A DNA stretch of 64,000 nucleotides from an uncultured Alphaproteobacteria bacterium (GCA_944391715.1 CALXUP010000001.1:13790-77789); one strand, 5' to 3'. Counted from the first letter of the stretch, positions 9,955-21,054 are shown. Translations and numbers: made by a program. The notes: generated by a model not told the origin, from the sequence alone.

Positions 9955-12708
9955 TTAGTGCGCCTGAGTCCAGTTGTCTCCGACCCCGACTTCAGCAACA
10001 AACGGCACAGAAAGATTTACAACACCTTCCATTATTGCTTTTATGATTTTTGAAGCCTCTTCAACCTCGTTTTCCGGTGCTTCAAACACCAGTTCGTCAT
10101 GCACCTGCAGCAGCATTTTGGTTTTCAGCCCGTGTTTTTTGAGCTCGTCCGGTATCCGGTTCATCGCCAGTTTGATAATATCGGCCGCGCCGCCCTGAAT
10201 CGGGGCATTAATCGCTGCGCGTTCGGCATTGGCGGCCAGTCGTTTATTCTTGTCATTAATTCCCATAATCGAGCAGCGTCTTCCAAACGGTGTCAGAACA
10301 TAATCATTGGCACGGGCAAAGGCTATCGTATCATCCATATATTTCTTAATTTCGGGCATTTCGCGGAAATAAGCATCAATATAAGCTTTGGCATCTTCCG
10401 GTGCCACGCCGATTTGTCTGGCCAGGCCATATGCGGAAATGCCGTAAACAATTCCGAAATTGATGGCTTTGGCGTGACGGCGGGTATTGGCATCCACTTT
10501 GTCATACGGAATCCCAAAGACGTGCGATGCCGTTGCCGCGTGAATATCCACACCGGCGGCAAAAGCGTTTTTCAAGGCCTTAACATCGGCAACAGCCGCT
10601 AACAGCCGCAATTCTACCTGAGAATAGTCGGAAGAAATGATTTTGCAGCCCGGGCGGGCGATAAAACATTCGCGGATTTTTTTGCCCTCTTCTGTTCTTA
10701 TCGGAATGTTTTGCAGGTTCGGGTTGCTGGAGGCTAAACGTCCGGTATTGGCAACAATCTGGCTGAAGGTCGTATGAACGCGCGAATTTTTATCTAAAAG
10801 CTCCAACAGGGCATCGCTGTAGGTCGATTTGAGTTTGGCAAGCGCTCGCCAATCAAGGATTTTTTGTGCCAGCTCGCAACCGTCTTCCGCCAGCTGTTCA
10901 AGGACATCTGCGCCGGTTTGCCAGGCACCTCCCGGTGTTTTTTTGCCTTTCAGCCCCATTTTTCCAAACAAAATTTCACCGATTTGTTTGGGAGATGAAA
11001 GGTTGAATTCTTCTCCGGCAAGATTATAAATCTCCGTTTCCAAAATCCGCATCCGGCCTTCAAAATCCGTGCTGAGACGATGTAAGGCCTGCGCATCGAC
11101 CATAATTCCCTGTTGTTCCATATCTTTCAATACCGGAATCAGCGGGCGGTCAAAACTTTCGTAAACATTCAACAACTTTTCGGCAAACAAGCGGGGTTTC
11201 AAAACATTATACAGCCGCAGCGTAACATCGGCGTCTTCGGCAGCATAGTCCAGCGCCTTGTTTAGCTCCACTTTGTCAAAAGTTATTTTATCACGGCCGC
11301 TGCCGCAGACTTCCTCGTATTTTATTGTCTGATACTGCAGGAAGATTTCGGCCAGTTCATCCATTCCGTGTCCATGGGTCGAACTGTCCAAAACATAAGA
11401 AATAACGGCTGTATCCTCGACCGGGGCAAAAACGGCATTTTCCCCAATAACTTGAGCAAAAAAGTGCATATCGAATTTGATATTATGGCCGATTTTTAAG
11501 ATGGCTTTGTCAGCAAAAAGCGGCGCAAGGTGTTTTTTGACTGTTGCAAAATCGAGCTGCCGGATTTCATTGTCGGCCGGGGCGGAGAAAAGATCTGTTT
11601 TATGCCCGCTGACGTGAGCCAGAGGCACATAACAGGCGATGCCTTCTTCCGTTGCCAGAGAAAAGCCGACAATCTTGTCAAAAACCGGATTAAAACCGGT
11701 GGTCTCGGTATCAAAAGCAAAAAGGCGTTTTTGTTTTATCCTTTCCACCCATTTTTTCAGTTGTTCTTCCGTTTGCACCAGTTCATAATGTTTTTCAACT
11801 TCTTTAAATACGGTGTTTTGAACATCTTCCGGCAAAGATGAACAGCGTTCATCAGCCCATTTTTCAATCCGGTTTTTCAAGCTGCGGAAACCATAGTCGT
11901 CAATAAACTTATGCAAAACGTCCAAATGCGGCGCCCGGCAGGAAAAAGCCGTAATGTCTTTTTCAACCGGGACATCATTTTTTAAGGTTACCAGCTGCAG
12001 CGAAATGCGGGCATTGTCAATATTGGCAAGCAGAGTTTCTCGCCGTTTGTTTTGTTTGATTTCGGACGCACGGTTCAGTACTTCTTCCAACGAGCCAAAG
12101 TCATTTATCAACTGGGCAGCCGTTTTCAGTCCGATACCGGGGACACCGGGAACATTATCTATCGAATCGCCGGCCAGCGCCTGTACGTCGACAACCCGTT
12201 CCGGATAGACGCCGAACTTTTCTTTAACATCTTCCGGCCCGTAGAATTTGTCTTTCATCGGGTCGTAATATTCCACGCCGTCGCGAATCAGCTGCATTAA
12301 GTCTTTATCGGCAGAAACAACAACAACTTCCATACCTTTTTCCGTTGCCTGGCGGGCATAAGTCGCTATCAGGTCATCGGCTTCATAGCCTTCCATTTCC
12401 AGATAGTTCAAATTCAGCGCATTTGTCGCCTCGCGGATTATCGGAAACTGAGGAATCAGCTCTTCGGGAATTTCGGCACGCGTGCCTTTGTAATCGGGAA
12501 AAATCTCATTGCGGTAATTTCGGCGTTTGGCATCAAAAAGCACCAGACAATAATCGCATTTGATGTTCTGCGTCAGGCGCAAAAACATATTGGTATAGCC
12601 GAATACGGCATTAACCGGCACACCGGACGGACTGGTCATCATCGGAAGACCGTAAAAGGCACGAAAGATATAGCCGGAGCCGTCAATGAGACAAACTTTT
12701 TGAGTCAT
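9955..12708 (-). CDS. polA: DNA polymerase I
   Basis: 5'-3' exonuclease (LIDGSGYIFRAF), 3'-5' exo FDTETT, DYSQVELR, KAINFGIVYG, QVHDEL. Confidence 0.98.
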   Translation of the reverse strand: MTQKVCLIDGSGYIFRAFYGLPMMTSPSGVPVNAVFGYTNMFLRLTQNIKCDYCLVLFDAKRRNYRNEIFPDYKGTRAEIPEELIPQFPIIREATNALNLNYLEMEGYEADDLIATYARQATEKGMEVVVVSADKDLMQLIRDGVEYYDPMKDKFYGPEDVKEKFGVYPERVVDVQALAGDSIDNVPGVPGIGLKTAAQLINDFGSLEEVLNRASEIKQNKRRETLLANIDNARISLQLVTLKNDVPVEKDITAFSCRAPHLDVLHKFIDDYGFRSLKNRIEKWADERCSSLPEDVQNTVFKEVEKHYELVQTEEQLKKWVERIKQKRLFAFDTETTGFNPVFDKIVGFSLATEEGIACYVPLAHVSGHKTDLFSAPADNEIRQLDFATVKKHLAPLFADKAILKIGHNIKFDMHFFAQVIGENAVFAPVEDTAVISYVLDSSTHGHGMDELAEIFLQYQTIKYEEVCGSGRDKITFDKVELNKALDYAAEDADVTLRLYNVLKPRLFAEKLLNVYESFDRPLIPVLKDMEQQGIMVDAQALHRLSTDFEGRMRILETEIYNLAGEEFNLSSPKQIGEILFGKMGLKGKKTPGGAWQTGADVLEQLAEDGCELAQKILDWRALAKLKSTYSDALLELLDKNSRVHTTFSQIVANTGRLASSNPNLQNIPIRTEEGKKIRECFIARPGCKIISSDYSQVELRLLAAVADVKALKNAFAAGVDIHAATASHVFGIPYDKVDANTRRHAKAINFGIVYGISAYGLARQIGVAPEDAKAYIDAYFREMPEIKKYMDDTIAFARANDYVLTPFGRRCSIMGINDKNKRLAANAERAAINAPIQGGAADIIKLAMNRIPDELKKHGLKTKMLLQVHDELVFEAPENEVEEASKIIKAIMEGVVNLSVPFVAEVGVGDNWTQAH

Positions 12709-12762
12709 TATTTTTCACTTTGCGAAAGATTAAAACATAATGACAATATAGATGATAAAAAC

Positions 12763-12963
12763 CTATTCGCCAACAGATAAAAAGAAAGAACGTTCGAGCT
12801 TGTCGACCGCATAAATATCAGAATTGTAAAAATTCTCATAATTATCAACATATTCACGCAAAGCCAGAGCAATGCAGTCATCAAAAGTCCGGCCGCTTTT
12901 TTGAGCAATTTTACGGATTTTATCCTGCAAATCAGCACTTATCGAAACCGAAACATTACTCAT
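12763..12963 (-). CDS. Ribbon-helix-helix (CopG-like) small protein
   Basis: 66 aa; alternating VSVSI strand then two amphipathic helices, SGRT..IALALREYV; AAGGGA RBS. Confidence 0.6.
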   Translation of the reverse strand: MSNVSVSISADLQDKIRKIAQKSGRTFDDCIALALREYVDNYENFYNSDIYAVDKLERSFFLSVGE

Positions 12964-13052
12964 AAATTTTCCCTTAACTTATTTGTGTTATGTATGCATA
13001 TATTTTTAAAGTATTTATCGAGTCGACGCAAGCAGTTATTGAGGTTTTGAAC

Positions 13053-14834
13053 ATGGCCAAGCGAAAGAAAAGCACGAAGAAAAGCAAAAAAAGAGTCGCA
13101 AAACAACGGCTTACTTTCCGAAAGTTGATTTTATATTTTGCCGCGGCACTGGTGATAACTTTGGCCGCTTATATCGGCTATTGTTTTGTTACCCTGCCGG
13201 ATATTGAAGAAGCGGTTATGCGCACGCGCCAACCGTCAACGACCGTTATTGCCGAAAACGGCAACGAAATCCAGACTTTCGGACAGGTTTATTCAGAGGT
13301 TATCCGTTCCGAAGAACTGCCGCAATATGTGATTGACGCAATCATTTCTACCGAAGACCGCCGGTTTTATTCGCATTTCGGTTTTGACATCATTTCTTTT
13401 TCGCGGGCAATGATCACCAATATTTTTCTCGGACGCTATGCTCAGGGCGGCAGCACAATTACCCAGCAGGTGGCAAAAAACCTGTTTTTAACGCCGAATA
13501 AGACGATAAAAAGAAAAATTCAGGAACTGTTGCTGGCTTTCTGGCTGGAAAACAAATTTACCAAAGAACAAATTTTGACGCTATATCTGAACAGAGTTTA
13601 TCTCGGCGCCGGAACTTACGGTATTGAAGCCGCCTCGCAGAAATATTTTCAAAAGACGTCGCGGGATTTGAATATGAAAGAAGCCGCCATTATTGCCGGT
13701 ATGTTAAAAGCCCCGTCACGCTATAATCCGATTGCCTCAATGGAAAGAGCGGAAAGCCGTGCCAAAGTGGTTTTGCAAAATATGGTCAATACCCGGGCCA
13801 TCAGTGAAGAAGAGAGAGATGCAGCTCTGAAAATGCGGGTCGGGCCGGAAAAGTCTTACAAAGTCGAGGGAGCAAAATATTTTGCCGACTGGGTTTATAA
13901 CGAGACTAACGATTATATCGGCGAAAGAGAAAACGATGTTTATGTTTATACCACCCTTGACCAGGAACTGCAACAAAAAGCAGAAAAAGCCCTGCAGCGC
14001 AACATTGCCGCCAACAAGCATAAAAACGTTACCCAGGGCGCCGTGGTTATTCTGGACAAGAAAGGTGCCGTTTTAGCAATGGCAGGCGGCGTTGATTATG
14101 AAAAAAGCCAATTTAACCGCGCGACTCAGGCCTGGCGGCAACCGGGATCGGCATTCAAGCCTTTTATTTATCTGGAGGCTTTGCAGGAAGGCTGGAAACC
14201 GGAAGACAAACTGCAGGACAAGCCTGTCAGCATTAACGGCTGGAAGCCGGAAAATATTTCAAAAAAATATTACGGTGAAGTTACTTTCCGGGAAGCGCTT
14301 ATCCGTTCCCTTAATCTGGCCACGATTGACCTGGCGCGTCAGATTTCCATTCCCAAAACTATTAAACTGGCTCGAAAAATGGGCATTACCACACCTTTGG
14401 AAAATTCGGCGGCACTGGCTTTGGGCGTTTCGGAGGTAAAAGTTCTGGATATGGCGGCCGCTTATGCATCCATTGCCAACGGCGGATATGCCGTCTGGCC
14501 TTATGCAATCAAAGAAATTTATACCCGCGACGGTTATCAGATTTTTATGCGCAATACCGAAGAGCCGGACAGAATCATCAAAGAAAAATATATTGAGCAA
14601 CTGACCCCGATTTTGCAAAAAGTGATTGAAAAAGGTACCGGGAAAGCCGCAAGAATCGGACGTTTTGCCGCCGGAAAGACCGGAACGTCGCAAGATTACC
14701 GCGATGCCTGGTTTGCCGGATTTACCGACGACTTAATCTGTGTGGTCTGGGTCGGTAATGACGACAGCTCGCCGATGAAGGGAATTTCGGGAGGAAACCT
14801 GCCGGCCAAAATATGGAAAGAAATTATGCAATAA
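13053..14834 (+). CDS. Class A penicillin-binding protein (PBP1A family)
   Basis: EDRRFYSH and QGGSTITQQ transglycosylase motifs; SAFK, SLN, KTGT transpeptidase motifs. Confidence 0.95.
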   Translation: MAKRKKSTKKSKKRVAKQRLTFRKLILYFAAALVITLAAYIGYCFVTLPDIEEAVMRTRQPSTTVIAENGNEIQTFGQVYSEVIRSEELPQYVIDAIISTEDRRFYSHFGFDIISFSRAMITNIFLGRYAQGGSTITQQVAKNLFLTPNKTIKRKIQELLLAFWLENKFTKEQILTLYLNRVYLGAGTYGIEAASQKYFQKTSRDLNMKEAAIIAGMLKAPSRYNPIASMERAESRAKVVLQNMVNTRAISEEERDAALKMRVGPEKSYKVEGAKYFADWVYNETNDYIGERENDVYVYTTLDQELQQKAEKALQRNIAANKHKNVTQGAVVILDKKGAVLAMAGGVDYEKSQFNRATQAWRQPGSAFKPFIYLEALQEGWKPEDKLQDKPVSINGWKPENISKKYYGEVTFREALIRSLNLATIDLARQISIPKTIKLARKMGITTPLENSAALALGVSEVKVLDMAAAYASIANGGYAVWPYAIKEIYTRDGYQIFMRNTEEPDRIIKEKYIEQLTPILQKVIEKGTGKAARIGRFAAGKTGTSQDYRDAWFAGFTDDLICVVWVGNDDSSPMKGISGGNLPAKIWKEIMQ

Positions 14835-14925
14835 AATGCAAAAAAGATATAAAAATTAGTGCTTTTATGTTTGGAATTATTATATATAATGAGAAAAGTT
14901 TTATAAAGATGATAAGGAAAAAAAG

Positions 14926-16461
14926 ATGAGACAAAAACCAGTTATGCTCTTAATCCTTGACGGATGGGGATACCGCAAGGACATTACCAAAGACAACGCC
15001 ATTGAACAAGGACATACACCGAATTGGCACCGTATTTTGCAAGAGAATCCGCATAGTCTGATTGAAACTTCCGGTCTGGACGTCGGACTGCCGAACGGAC
15101 AGATGGGAAATTCGGAAGTCGGGCATATGAACTTGGGCGCCGGCCGTGTCGTTATGCAGGATTTGCCGAAAATCGATCTGGCGATTAAGGATGGTTCTAT
15201 TAATAAGAATCCGGTTGTTGTCGAACTGATTGACACGCTTAAAAAGAACGGTAAGACCTGCCACATTATGGGATTGATGTCACCGGGCGGCGTTCATTCA
15301 CACCAAAGCCATATTATTGCAATGTGCAAAATTTTAGCCGAAAACGGCATTAAAGTCCGGGTTCATGCCTTTTTGGACGGACGCGACACGCCGCCGACTT
15401 CCGCCAAAGATTTTGTTGCGGAATTTGAAAAAGAAATCAGCGGCCTGAAAGATGTTAAAATCGCAACGGTTGAAGGGCGTTTTTACGCCATGGATCGCGA
15501 TAAGCGCTGGGATCGCGTCGAATTAGCTTATAATACAATCGCCCTCGGAGAAGGAAAACATTATGCCACGGCGGAAGAAGCCATTGCCCAGTCTTATAAA
15601 GACGGCGTTAATGATGAGTTTGTCGTTCCGTGCGTTATCGGCGATTATCAGGGAATCGAAGACGGCGACGCTATTTTAATGTGCAACTTCCGCGCTGATC
15701 GTGCCCGGGAAATTTTATATGCGCTGGCAGACAAAGATTTTAACGGTTTTGCTCGCAAAAGAACTGTTGCAACGTCCATTAATGTCGGAATGGCCGAATA
15801 CTCCGTTGACCATCGTCGGTTTATGAAAACGATTTTCGGTCCGGAGGCCTTGACCAATATCTTCGGCGAAGTTGTTTCCAAACATGGTCTGACGCAGCTG
15901 AGAATTGCCGAAACCGAAAAATATGCGCATGTTACATTCTTCTTTAACGGCGGCGAAGAACGCGAATTTGAGGGAGAATCGCGTATCCTGGTTCCGAGCC
16001 CGAAAGTTGCCACTTATGACCTGAAACCGGAAATGAGCGTGTATGAAGTGACCGATCATCTGGTTGATGCCATCGAAAACCAGCGTTTTGACGTGATTAT
16101 CTGCAATTTTGCCAACGGCGATATGGTCGGACATACCGGCATTATGGAAGCCGCACTTAAAGCCGTGGCTGCGGTTGACGAATGTCTCGGCAGAGTTGAA
16201 AAAGCCATTAAAAATGTCGGCGGCGTCCTTTTGGTTACGGCCGACCACGGCAATGTCGAGAAAATGATTGACGAGAAAACCGGCGAACCCTATACGGCAC
16301 ATACGGTCGGAAAAGTTCAAGCCGTTCTGGTTAATGACAAGCAGCCGGTCAAAGCCTTGAAAGACGGGCGGCTGGCGGATATTTCGCCGACTTTGCTTGA
16401 CTTGCTCGGAATTGAAAAACCTGCCGAGATGACCGGTTCTTCATTGATTGAAAAGGCCTAG
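14926..16461 (+). CDS. gpmI: 2,3-bisphosphoglycerate-independent phosphoglycerate mutase
   Basis: LILDGWG, GNSEVGH, AETEKYAHVTFF, DMVGHTG, TADHGN. Confidence 0.97.
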   Translation: MRQKPVMLLILDGWGYRKDITKDNAIEQGHTPNWHRILQENPHSLIETSGLDVGLPNGQMGNSEVGHMNLGAGRVVMQDLPKIDLAIKDGSINKNPVVVELIDTLKKNGKTCHIMGLMSPGGVHSHQSHIIAMCKILAENGIKVRVHAFLDGRDTPPTSAKDFVAEFEKEISGLKDVKIATVEGRFYAMDRDKRWDRVELAYNTIALGEGKHYATAEEAIAQSYKDGVNDEFVVPCVIGDYQGIEDGDAILMCNFRADRAREILYALADKDFNGFARKRTVATSINVGMAEYSVDHRRFMKTIFGPEALTNIFGEVVSKHGLTQLRIAETEKYAHVTFFFNGGEEREFEGESRILVPSPKVATYDLKPEMSVYEVTDHLVDAIENQRFDVIICNFANGDMVGHTGIMEAALKAVAAVDECLGRVEKAIKNVGGVLLVTADHGNVEKMIDEKTGEPYTAHTVGKVQAVLVNDKQPVKALKDGRLADISPTLLDLLGIEKPAEMTGSSLIEKA

Positions 16462-16468
16462 ATTTTTT

Positions 16469-17731
16469 ATGAAACTGTCTGCCGCTTACAAAACCTTTTT
16501 ATGGGGATGTTGCTGTCTGGGACTGATGTTCCCGGCAGTTGACGCGGCGGCGGTTTCTAAAAAAGACCTTGAACTGATGGAGAAAAAAGTTCAGGAACAA
16601 AACATCGAACACCGCAAACTCCAGGCACAGGCGAATCAGATTAACATTGAACTGGCTTCCGTCAGTCAGGATATGATTGCTACAGCCAAAAAAATCCAAA
16701 ACAGCGAAGAAAAACTTTCGTCCATGGAAGAGCAGCTGGGCAAACTGCAAGACAGCCTGAAAAAGGCGGAAGGCGATTTTTCATCGGAAGACCAAAACCT
16801 TATCCGGACATTGTCGGCCTTGCAAAATCTGGCCTTAAAACCGACGGAGGCCTTGTTTGTGCAGCCGCTGACGCCGGTGGAAATTATCCGCAGCGCCATG
16901 CTTTTGCGCGAGACCGTGCCTTATCTGGAGGAAAATGCCGAGAGAATTAGGGAAGAACTTAAGCAGATTGCCCACAAAAAAAGCCTGGTCGAAAAACAGG
17001 TTGCCCAAATTTCAAAGCAGAAAAAAATTCTGGAACAAGACCACGAACGTATGAAACGTCTGGTACAGAAAAAATCAAAAATCAGAAATGCCGTTGAAAT
17101 CGAAAGCGTAAAGGCGCAGAGAAATATGCAAAAACTGGCTTCGCAGGCGCAGGATTTGCGGGAACTGCTGGACAAGCTGGAAAAAGAACGTCTGGCCAAG
17201 CAGAAAAAAGCCGAGGCCGAACGCAAAAGACAGGAAGAATTGCGACGGATTGCCGAAGAAAGAAATGCAAAATCAAAAAAAGAAGAGGAAACTCAAAGTG
17301 CTGACTTGATTAAATATAATCAAGAGGTTATAAGTGAAGTAGGAAAAGGTTTTGCCAAGGCAAAAGGAAAGTTGTCCATGCCTGCCAAAGGGCCGGTGAT
17401 TACAGCTTACGGCGAGCAAAAGGTCAAAGGCGTAACGTCAAAAGGGATTATGATAAAAACCCGCAGCCAGGCTCAGGTTATTGCGCCTTTTGACGGGACC
17501 GTCGCTTTTGCCGGACCGTTCAGAGGATACGGAAATCTGATTATTATTGAGCACGGAGACGGATATTTGTCGTTGCTGGCCGGATTGGGAAGTCTGAACT
17601 GCGAGGTCGGGCAGCTGCTTTTGGCAGGAGAGCCGGTCGGACAAATGCCGGAAAGCAAAGACGCCAAACTTTATGTTGAAATGCGCCGCAACAATAATCC
17701 GATTAACCCGCTTAAATGGATGAAAAGTTAA
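16469..17731 (+). CDS. envC: Murein hydrolase activator EnvC (coiled coil + M23)
   Basis: Signal peptide, long coiled coil, GYGNLIIIEH and LYVEMR degenerate M23 domain; start uncertain. Confidence 0.85.
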   Translation: MKLSAAYKTFLWGCCCLGLMFPAVDAAAVSKKDLELMEKKVQEQNIEHRKLQAQANQINIELASVSQDMIATAKKIQNSEEKLSSMEEQLGKLQDSLKKAEGDFSSEDQNLIRTLSALQNLALKPTEALFVQPLTPVEIIRSAMLLRETVPYLEENAERIREELKQIAHKKSLVEKQVAQISKQKKILEQDHERMKRLVQKKSKIRNAVEIESVKAQRNMQKLASQAQDLRELLDKLEKERLAKQKKAEAERKRQEELRRIAEERNAKSKKEEETQSADLIKYNQEVISEVGKGFAKAKGKLSMPAKGPVITAYGEQKVKGVTSKGIMIKTRSQAQVIAPFDGTVAFAGPFRGYGNLIIIEHGDGYLSLLAGLGSLNCEVGQLLLAGEPVGQMPESKDAKLYVEMRRNNNPINPLKWMKS

Positions 17732-17754
17732 TTTGAAAAGACAGGAAGAGTAAT

Positions 17755-19047
17755 ATGCTGAAAAAATCATCAATTTGTATTTTGGTATTTTTAGGTTTGT
17801 TGGGAGCAGCCGCAGCCAACGCAAAAGAAAACAAGAAATCCCAGGAGGAAGATGCCGTTGACACATATGAAATGCTCAACCTGTTCGGCGAAGTTTTGGA
17901 GAGGACGAAACTTTCTTATGTTGAGGAAGTCAGCGATAAGAAACTTATCGAATCTGCCATTAACGGTATGTTGGTTTCGCTTGATCCGCATTCCAGTTTT
18001 TTAGACGCTCAAAGCTTTAAATATATGAACGAGCAGACGAAAGGAAAATTCGGCGGGCTCGGAATTGAAGTTACCATGGAGCAAGGCGTGGTTAAAGTTG
18101 TTTCTCCGATTGACGATACGCCGGCATCGGAAGCCGGGATTAAACCGGGTGATTATATTACCCATATTGACGGGCGTCAGGTTATGGGGCTCAGCCTTAA
18201 TGACGCGGTAGACAAGATGCGCGGCAAAGTCGGCACAAAAGTCCGCCTGACAATTGTCCGGGCCAATGAACAGCCGTTTGATGTTGTCGTCAAAAGAGAA
18301 GAAATCAAAATCCAATCCGTCAAGAATGATATTAAAGCCGATGATGTTGCTTATATCCGGATTACGTCTTTCAGCGAAGATGTTGACAAGATGACCGAAA
18401 AAGCCATTGAAAAAGCAAAAAAAGAGGTCAAAAACCTGAAAGGCATTGTGATTGACGTTCGCAACAACCCCGGAGGCCTGCTTGACCAAGCCGTTAATGT
18501 GAGCGACTTGTTCCTTGACAAAGGAGAAATCGTTTCCACACGTTCCCGCAATGCCGAAGACACTGTCAGATATTCCGCCCAAAAGGGAGATATTGCCAAA
18601 GGACTGCCGATTGTCGTTCTTATCAACAGCGGTTCGGCTTCGGCTTCCGAGATTGTTGCCGGTGCATTGCAAGATCATAAAAGGGCGGTTATTCTCGGCG
18701 AGAAATCTTTCGGAAAAGGTTCGGTTCAAACGGTTATTCCTCTTGACAAATACGGCGCAATGCGTTTGACAACGGCCAGATATTATACACCTTCCGGACG
18801 CTCCATTCAGGCTGAGGGGATTATACCGGACATTGTTGTTCATCCGGCCAAGGTCGAAGTTATAGACAACAGCTTTAACATGAGCGAAGCAGAATTTGAC
18901 AACGCGTTGAAAAATGACACGAAAAAAGCTTCCACCAAACAATCGGACAAAGAAAAAGAAGACGAGGATTTGGAAAAAGATTATCAGCTGTCCAGAGCCG
19001 TCGATATGGTCAAAGCTCTTGCCATCTACAGTCAGGCAGAAAAATAG
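17755..19047 (+). CDS. ctpA: Carboxy-terminal processing protease S41
   Basis: LDPHS, GLGIEV PDZ, DVRNNPGG, SASASEI, FGKGSVQ. Confidence 0.95.
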   Translation: MLKKSSICILVFLGLLGAAAANAKENKKSQEEDAVDTYEMLNLFGEVLERTKLSYVEEVSDKKLIESAINGMLVSLDPHSSFLDAQSFKYMNEQTKGKFGGLGIEVTMEQGVVKVVSPIDDTPASEAGIKPGDYITHIDGRQVMGLSLNDAVDKMRGKVGTKVRLTIVRANEQPFDVVVKREEIKIQSVKNDIKADDVAYIRITSFSEDVDKMTEKAIEKAKKEVKNLKGIVIDVRNNPGGLLDQAVNVSDLFLDKGEIVSTRSRNAEDTVRYSAQKGDIAKGLPIVVLINSGSASASEIVAGALQDHKRAVILGEKSFGKGSVQTVIPLDKYGAMRLTTARYYTPSGRSIQAEGIIPDIVVHPAKVEVIDNSFNMSEAEFDNALKNDTKKASTKQSDKEKEDEDLEKDYQLSRAVDMVKALAIYSQAEK

Positions 19048-19056
19048 GAAAACCGG

Positions 19057-20196
19057 ATGTTAAAGAAAATCTGGACATTTTTGATTGCAGCAGCAGTTAT
19101 TGCAGCAGTAGCGGCAACGGGATATTTCTTTGCCAAAAAGAAAAGCGAACCGCTGTATCAGTCAAAAATCGACCGGGTTATGTTTGACAGGAAAAATAAG
19201 GTTCCCGGCTTTATTATGCGGCTTCCGGATAAAGAACCACTTGAGAAAAAAAATCCGATTCTTCCAAAAGAAGAGGAGGATACTTCTCCCCGGGCTATTG
19301 AAGCAAAAGCTTTGCTGGATAAAATCCCTTTAGTGGCAAAACTGCCTAAGAACAGTGTTCAGAGTCCTTTGAAACATATTAATGCCGATAAAAATCTGCT
19401 TGAAGAAAATGACGGTGTTTTTCTTCCAAAAATCGGAAGAAACGGCGAAAAAGCCTGGATAGAATACGGAAAGACGGAAGAAGTTCAGCCTAATTTTTAC
19501 AGAGTGTCCGTCATCATTAACGGGCTGGGGTTGGATTCAATGGTTACCAATGCCGCCATTGAAAGTCTTCCGGTTAACGTTTCTCTGTCTTTCTCTCCTT
19601 ATTCTCTTGATTTGGACAAGCAAATCAAAGCAGCCCGCAGTATCGGGCACGAAACTTATGTTGACTTGCTTTTGCCGTCAAAAGATTTTTTAAAATCTGA
19701 TACCGGTCCTTTGGCAATGAGTATAACGGCAACATCGGAAGAAAACATCAATCGGTTGAAAAAATCGCTTAACGTTAATGCCCCGGTCGGCGGAATGATT
19801 TTTCAGCGCGGTATTGTTGATGAAGAAAATCCGCAGCGGATGCAGCAACTCTTAAAAGAAATTGCGGATATGGGGCTGCTGGCGGTTGATGCTACCGGAG
19901 AATCCCATTTGGAAAAAATTACTTATGCCGGTTTGCCGAGAAAGAAAGCCGATATTGTCATTGACAGTTATTTTACCCGGGAAGATATTGACGAGCGTCT
20001 GAAAGAAGCGGAAAAAATTGCTCAAAACAACGGCAGCGTTCTGGTGGTAGCGAATCCCAAGCCGGTTGTTTTATATGCCATAAAAGACTGGGTTTCTTCT
20101 TTTTCACCGCAAATTTCCGATTATAAAGAAATAAAAAATACCGTTATTGAAAAACCGCTGGCTTTGGTTCCGGTATCGAACATCGTGGTGGAATGA
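19057..20196 (+). CDS. Divergent polysaccharide deacetylase family protein
   Basis: IINGLG, SLSFSPY, GHE, DTGP motifs; conserved position after ctpA. Confidence 0.8.
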   Translation: MLKKIWTFLIAAAVIAAVAATGYFFAKKKSEPLYQSKIDRVMFDRKNKVPGFIMRLPDKEPLEKKNPILPKEEEDTSPRAIEAKALLDKIPLVAKLPKNSVQSPLKHINADKNLLEENDGVFLPKIGRNGEKAWIEYGKTEEVQPNFYRVSVIINGLGLDSMVTNAAIESLPVNVSLSFSPYSLDLDKQIKAARSIGHETYVDLLLPSKDFLKSDTGPLAMSITATSEENINRLKKSLNVNAPVGGMIFQRGIVDEENPQRMQQLLKEIADMGLLAVDATGESHLEKITYAGLPRKKADIVIDSYFTREDIDERLKEAEKIAQNNGSVLVVANPKPVVLYAIKDWVSSFSPQISDYKEIKNTVIEKPLALVPVSNIVVE

Positions 20197-20696
20197 TGAA
20201 CAAATTATATCGGCCAAATGCGGGAATCGTGCTTTTTAACCGGGAGGGAAAAGTTTTTGTTTGCGCCCGAGCCGACAAAAAAGATATGCAATGGCAATTT
20301 CCGCAAGGCGGAATTGATAACGGAGAAACAGCTGAACAGGCTGCTGTCAGAGAACTGAAAGAAGAAACAGGCATAACGTCGGCAAAACTTGTTTATGCCG
20401 CTCCGCAAACCATAAAATATGACTATCCGCCACTTGTTCTAAAAAAATTTCAGAAACTCGGCCGGCCGCATATCGGACAAGAACAGCATTGGTTTTTATT
20501 CTTTTATGACAGTGCGGAAAAACCGGACTTTACGACGCATCCGGAAGAAATTGAATTTAAAGCTTGCGAATGGGTCGGATTTGGCGAGGCGGTCAAAAGA
20601 ATTATCGGTTTTAAAAAAGAAAGTTATCAATATGCACAAAGCGTTTTTGAACCGGTAATTGCCGCTTATCTGGAAAAAGAAGAAAAAACTAGCTAA
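20193..20696 (+). CDS. rppH: RNA pyrophosphohydrolase
   Basis: YRPNAGI, WQFPQGGID and Nudix box RELKEETG. Confidence 0.93.
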   Translation: MMNKLYRPNAGIVLFNREGKVFVCARADKKDMQWQFPQGGIDNGETAEQAAVRELKEETGITSAKLVYAAPQTIKYDYPPLVLKKFQKLGRPHIGQEQHWFLFFYDSAEKPDFTTHPEEIEFKACEWVGFGEAVKRIIGFKKESYQYAQSVFEPVIAAYLEKEEKTS

Positions 20697-21054
20697 TCCA
20701 AGCGTTTTCAATGTGCTCAATCTGCAGCGGAAAAGAAACTAAAACAGCGTCAAAACGGCAATCATATCCGGCATATTGCGGATTTTTCTGCAAAAAGGCT
20801 TCGGCACCGCGGATAATGCGCTGTTGTTGGCGACCACTTACGGCATAAGCAGCTTTATTCAAATCAGAGCGCTTTTTGACCTCAACAAAAACCAAAAGAT
20901 TTGCCCGGGCGGCAATAATATCTACTTCGCCGGCATTTGTTCCGCGGCCGGTTATATAATTTCGGGCAAGAATGCGAAAACCCTTTAACCGGAGATAATT
21001 GCGGGCAACAAATTCGGCGGCTTTTCCGGACTTATATGAATTGTTATTTTTCAT
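20689..21054 (-). CDS. yraN: YraN family endonuclease-like protein
   Basis: GEVDII, FVEVK, RFDAV; downstream of rsmI. Confidence 0.9.
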   Translation of the reverse strand: MKNNNSYKSGKAAEFVARNYLRLKGFRILARNYITGRGTNAGEVDIIAARANLLVFVEVKKRSDLNKAAYAVSGRQQQRIIRGAEAFLQKNPQYAGYDCRFDAVLVSFPLQIEHIENAWIS

